Below, piece by piece: positions 60,581 through 64,000 of a stretch of DNA of 64,000 nucleotides (the stretch's first letter is position 1; each line of letters starts with the position of its first letter). The notes under the pieces are model-generated. The model made no database searches. It saw nothing but the letters and a program-made list of their open reading frames with translations, and had not been told where the DNA came from. A program made the translations under genes and the position numbers. This DNA is from Macrostomum lignano (taxonomy: Eukaryota). The DNA lies in the NCBI GenBank assembly GCA_002269645.1, contig NIVC01001089.1, positions 1-64,000 on the forward strand. Direction: 5' to 3'.

Positions 60581-62997
60581 AGGAACATGCTTGAGTGATG
60601 CTCTGCACCTATACTGTCTGATAGGCTTCTGTAGTGAATAAAGTAAAAAAAATTTCGATGCATCATGGCTACATGATTTCTATTGTAGTAAGATTGAGTT
60701 TACAAGCGCAAGTGAATTCAGTGTAACTAATTTCAGCTGCTTATAACTTACCAAAGCGGTCTTATAGAAATTGAGCACACTATTGAGGTTAAACAGAAAA
60801 GCAACCCCTAAACTGCCGTTTCTTGCAGAAGAGTGGCGAGGCGACTTCAGTCCTAAGCTCCTTTGATGTGTTGCCACTAAACCTTTTATACAGTCCGCCA
60901 CCCTTAAGTCCTCAGAAGTTACCCTTGGGTCCTTTGGTATAATCCAGCTATTCTAATATCAGGCATGCACAGTCTGTGTGCCTTGTGTCGCATGACAACT
61001 CCCAGACTCCAAGATACTTTAATGCAGTTGAACCACGGGGTAGTGGAGCGAGAGTTGGACGCATTTACCACTGAGCTGCCCTGTCATTCCGCTACCCTTG
61101 GGTCCTTTGATGATTTTCTATTTATAGAAAACTACTCAGCAGATCTGTAGATTATGATAAATTGTCATCAGTGTCATATTGCATGAGCGCCAATCAATTA
61201 TTGACAATTAATACGGATGCGAATCAATATGGCTACTTGCTTTATCAGTCTGTTTAGGGTCGCCATTAGACAGGAAGCAGGGCTTGGTCATGCTCTTAAA
61301 AGCTTTTTTTCTTACAAAAGAAGCCGAATCATTTTCATAAGAAATTTGAGCAAAGTATTGATCTCAACGAAACAAACTGTCATGGTGACTAAAGCTGTTT
61401 TACTCTCTTTAGCTTTCGCTGAGTTCTCTCGCAATTGAATAATTTAGTATTGGCCAAAGGTAAAATGACCCACGGTACTAAGACAGTTGGCTATATTCAC
61501 TATACTGCCTTTAAAGTCTCTTTACATACGGATCTCCAATGATTTAAATTGATGTACAGTACTACCCCGGTTTGTCTACTTTAAGCTTGCACAGTTGATG
61601 TCAGGAATTAAAGCTGGTCGGTGTCAGGAAGTGTCAGAGTTGGTCAGTGTCAGTAAGTGTCAGAGTTGGTCAGTGTCAGGATCATCAGAGTTGGTCATTG
61701 TCAGGAAGTGTCAGAGTTGGTCAGTGTCAGGATCATCAGAGTTGGTCAGTGTCAGGATCATCAGAGTTGGTCAGTGTCAGGAAGTGTCAGATTTGGTCAG
61801 TGTCAGGATCATCAGAGTTGGTCAGTGTCAGGAAGTGTCAGATTTGGTCAGTGTCAGGAAGTGTCAGAGTTGGTCAGTGTCAGGAAGTGTCAGAGTTGGT
61901 CAGTGTCAGGAAGTGTCAGATTTGGTCAGTGTCAGGATCATCAGAGTTGGTCAGTGTCAGGAAGTGTCAGATTTGGTCAGTGTCAGGAAGTGTCAGAGTT
62001 GGTCAGTGTCAGGAAGTGTCAGAGTTGGTCAGTGTCAGGAAGTGTTTCATCAGATTTGGTCGGTGTCAGGAAGTGTCAGAGTTGGTCAGTGTCAGGAAGT
62101 GTCAGAGTTGGTCAGTGTCAGGAAGTGTTTCATCAGATTTGGTCGGTGTCAGGAAGTGTCAGAGTTGGTCAGTGTCAGGAAGTGTCAGAGTTGGTCAGTG
62201 TCAGGAAGTGTTTCATCAGATTTGGTCGGTGTCAGGAAGTGTCAGAGTTGGTCAGTGTCAGGAAGTGTCAGAGTTGGTCAGTGTCAGGAAGTGTCAGAGT
62301 TGGTCAGTGTCAGGAAGTGTTTCATCAGATTTGGTCGGTGTCAGGAAGTGTCAGAGTTGGTCAGTGTCAGGAAGTGTCAGAGTTGGTCAGTGTCAGGATC
62401 ATCAGATTTGGTCAGTGTCAGGAAGTGTCAGATTTGGTCAGTGTCAGGAAGTGTCAGAGTTGGTCAGTGTCAGGATCATCAGAGTTGGTCAGTGTCAGGA
62501 AGTGTCAGAGTTGGTCAGTGTCAGGAATGTCAGTGCTAAGACACTAAAATCATCCTAAATACCGGGCCGAATACTCGGATACTCAAACGAAATTAGAAAA
62601 TGCTAGTGCTCACCGGTCGAGATCAATGACTCCGCTGCTGCTGCTCTGACTTCTGAGGGTGCCGACTGCTCCGGCCGCGCCTCTCCGACTGGCCATCGGG
62701 ATGCCGCCGCCGCTACTGCCGACTCCGCTGCTGCTGCTCGCAGTCCGAAGCATCAGCACTTTGCTGCCTTTGTGCACCAGAGTGGCTGGAGTGCCACCAG
62801 CTTCGGCTGGGTGCAGCACGACTCCGGGCGTGACGTAGGCGTCAGCTGATACTGTAGACAGGTGGCGGTGCAGCTGGTGCTGCGGATGCTGCAGATGATG
62901 CTGCTGGGCGCTACTAGAAGAAGAACCAGAAGCAAATGCGGCGCTCTTCTGGGGCAGCGGGCTGCCAACCCAGCCGGGGTTCTCCATGCGGCCGGCT
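53547..62997 (-). CDS. KCNH2: Voltage-gated K+ channel, KCNH family, ERG (KCNH2/6/7, seizure/unc-103-like) subfamily; 5' part probably outside the window
   Basis: Exons (-): 62997-62614, 60628-60353, 59481-59340, 59249-59072, 56908-56637, 56215-55841, 55737-55548, 55449-55036, [ambiguous 55035-54669], 54668-54455, 53790-53547. All phases are compatible. ERG-type motifs: [65 protein letters not shown]-terminal coiled coil. Symbol denotes the closest subfamily, not strict orthology. Confidence 0.93.
54455..54668 (-). CDS. KCNH2: KCNH distal C-terminal exon (start of the coiled coil, [12 protein letters not shown])
   Basis: Open frame; donor AC|GTAAGT in phase with the next exon. The acceptor position is less certain. 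Confidence 0.7.
55036..55449 (-). CDS. KCNH2: KCNH CNBHD exon
   Basis: [41 protein letters not shown] (intrinsic ligand); donor A|GTGAGT. Confidence 0.93.
55548..55737 (-). CDS. KCNH2: KCNH C-linker/CNBHD exon
   Basis: [31 protein letters not shown]...HVPPG. Confidence 0.96.
55841..56215 (-). CDS. KCNH2: KCNH pore/S6/C-linker exon
   Basis: [44 protein letters not shown]; donor CAG|GTAACT. Confidence 0.97.
56637..56908 (-). CDS. KCNH2: KCNH S3-S4-S5 exon
   Basis: [46 protein letters not shown]; donor AAG|GTGAGC. Confidence 0.96.
59072..59249 (-). CDS. KCNH2: KCNH S2 exon ([25 protein letters not shown])
   Basis: Motif match; bounded by CTCAG and G|GTATGA. Confidence 0.95.
59340..59481 (-). 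CDS. KCNH2: KCNH S1 exon ([30 protein letters not shown])
   Basis: ERG-diagnostic S1 sequence, bounded by TTTCAG and GAG|GT. Confidence 0.95.
59958..60245 (-). mobile_element. tRNA-derived CORE-type SINE, copy 2 (KCNH intron, tail degraded)
   Basis: Same A/B boxes, CORE-like block and 3' body as copies 1 and 3. Confidence 0.85.
60353..60628 (-). CDS. KCNH2: KCNH proximal N-terminal exon with a Q14-H-Q7 tract
   Basis: CTACAG acceptor and AA|GTGAGT donor; the junction gives ...[13 protein letters not shown]. Confidence 0.8.
60514..60579 (-). repeat. Coding (CAG)14-CAT-(CAR)7 trinucleotide tract
   Basis: 14 pure CTG at 60538-60579 on +. Confidence 0.95.
60937..61092 (-). mobile_element. 156-bp tRNA-like insertion (second SINE family or retroposed tRNA fragment) flanked by a 17-bp direct repeat
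   Basis: TACCCTTGGGTCCTTTG at 60920-60936 and 61093-61109. The - strand begins ...GGCAGCTCAGTGGTAAATGCG (A-box-like)...GGTTCAACTGC (B-box-like). Confidence 0.55.
61600..62535. repeat. 25/26/33-bp minisatellite GTGTCAGGAAGTGTCAGAGTTGGTCA in a KCNH intron
   Basis: Direct inspection; ORFs 61595-62558 are artefacts. Confidence 0.95.
62614..62997 (-). CDS. KCNH2: KCNH N-terminal low-complexity exon (MENPGW...VIDLDR)
   Basis: CTACAG acceptor and CG|GTGAGC donor; phase 2-2, compatible with the next exon. Assignment rests on splice phase and strand, not homology. Confidence 0.7.
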
Positions 62998-63047
62998 CTG
63001 TAGAGGGACGTTGAGAGAGGAAATATTCTTTAGAATGCCAGCTCAGA

Positions 63048-63356
63048 TAATAATAATAATAATTGATTACACCTGCCCTAATTAGGCCAGATGTGCAACC
63101 GACAGCTCAGCCGCAGCTATTGCGCGGCGCATCTGAAGGCAGCGTACGACTGTTCAGTCCAAGGACTGGGGGGTCGCCACACACAGCCTCAATTACCCCA
63201 GCTAATGCTGGCACCCATTTTACAGCTGGGTGAACTGAAGCAATGCAGAATTGAAGTGTCTTGCTCAAAGACATAAACTGTTCCAGTGAAATCGGGAATC
63301 GAACCTCCGACCTTCCAGTCGTGAGTCCGACGCTTTAACCACTAGGCTACAGCCCC
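63048..63356 (-). mobile_element. tRNA-derived CORE-type SINE, copy 3 (full length, (ATT)n tail, probable TSD)
   Basis: 5' end GGGGCTGTAGCCTAGTGG; tail ATTATTATTATT. Flanks CCAGCTCAGA (63038-63047) and CCATCTCAGA (63358-63367) match at 9/10. Confidence 0.88.
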
Positions 63357-63556
63357 TCCATCTCAGAACTTCCTAACCAATCTCGAGCACGGAGCTAAGC
63401 ATGTAACTCTGAACTGAGGACTGGAAAAGATAAAGAGAGGCCCATGATTTTCGCTAATTACATAGCTATAGTTAGTAGTTACACGTATTTAGTCAGTCGC
63501 AGATGGCCAGCAAGCATGCCAATTTTGATTGTACTTTGTTGTCGGTTCTCCAACTT

Positions 63557-64000
63557 AGGTTTCTAGGAATGCCACTTCCACAGTGTTGTGGCTTCAGATG
63601 GGGAATCGAACGCGGGTTTCACAGTGTTGTGTCTTCAGATGGGGAATCGAACTCAGGTTTCTAGGAATGCCACTTCCACAGTGTTGTGGCTTCAGATGGG
63701 GAATCGAACTCGGGTTTCACAGTGTTGTGGCTTCAGATGGGGAATCGAACTCGGGTTTCTAGGAATGCCACTTCCATAGTGTTGTGGCTTCAGATGGGGA
63801 ATCGAACTCAGGTTTCACAGTGTTGTGGCTTCAGATGGGGAATCGAACTCGGGTTTCACAGTGTTGTGGCTTCAGATGGGGAATCGAACTCGGGTTTCTA
63901 GGAATGCCACTTCCACAGTGTTGTGGCTTCAAATGGGGAATCGAACTCAGGTTTCACAGTGTTGTGGCTTCAGATGGGGAATCGAAACTCAGGTTTCTAG
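63557..64000 (-). repeat. 41/57-bp minisatellite, each unit carrying a Pol III B-box (GAGTTCGATTCCC on -); runs off the window end
   Basis: Units GGTTTC(TAGGAATGCCACTTCC)ACAGTGTTGTGGCTTCAGATGGGGAATCGAACTCR. Confidence 0.9.

Noticed and set aside
63570-64000. RAG/Transib recombination-signal heptamer CACAGTG in the terminal satellite
   Set aside because: There is no nonamer at a 12- or 23-bp spacing; a 7-mer match within a repeat unit is uninformative.

Overview
Eukaryotic (invertebrate animal) genomic DNA with spliceosomal GT-AG introns, AT-rich non-coding DNA and a very high load of locally born mini/microsatellites. The style suggests a lophotrochozoan such as a free-living flatworm; this is inference only. 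Three protein-coding genes can be reconstructed by hand. (1) numb on +, 7 exons, 2451-9273, about 486 aa, with PTB domain, NUMB domain and NPF/DPF/NPF motifs. (2) A 2-exon class A (rhodopsin-like) orphan GPCR on +, 48145-50518, about 663 aa, with a huge ICL3 and a long glycosylated ECL3. (3) An ERG-type KCNH potassium channel on -, at least 10 exons, 62997-53547; its 5' end/PAS domain is not in the window, and it carries pore substitutions equivalent to hERG S620T and Y652S. About 25 kb (14.6-39.7 kb) is one ~39-bp satellite of roughly 630 copies, with a nearly invariant 29-bp core and a hypervariable 10-12 nt linker. It shares a CTGA-N4-TCAG dyad with two other arrays in the window. Three copies of a tRNA-derived CORE-type SINE, a second tRNA-like insert with a 17-bp TSD and a B-box-bearing satellite are also present. 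Almost all long ORFs in the supplied track are artefacts of tandem repeats. No CRISPR, rRNA or intact tRNA gene was found.
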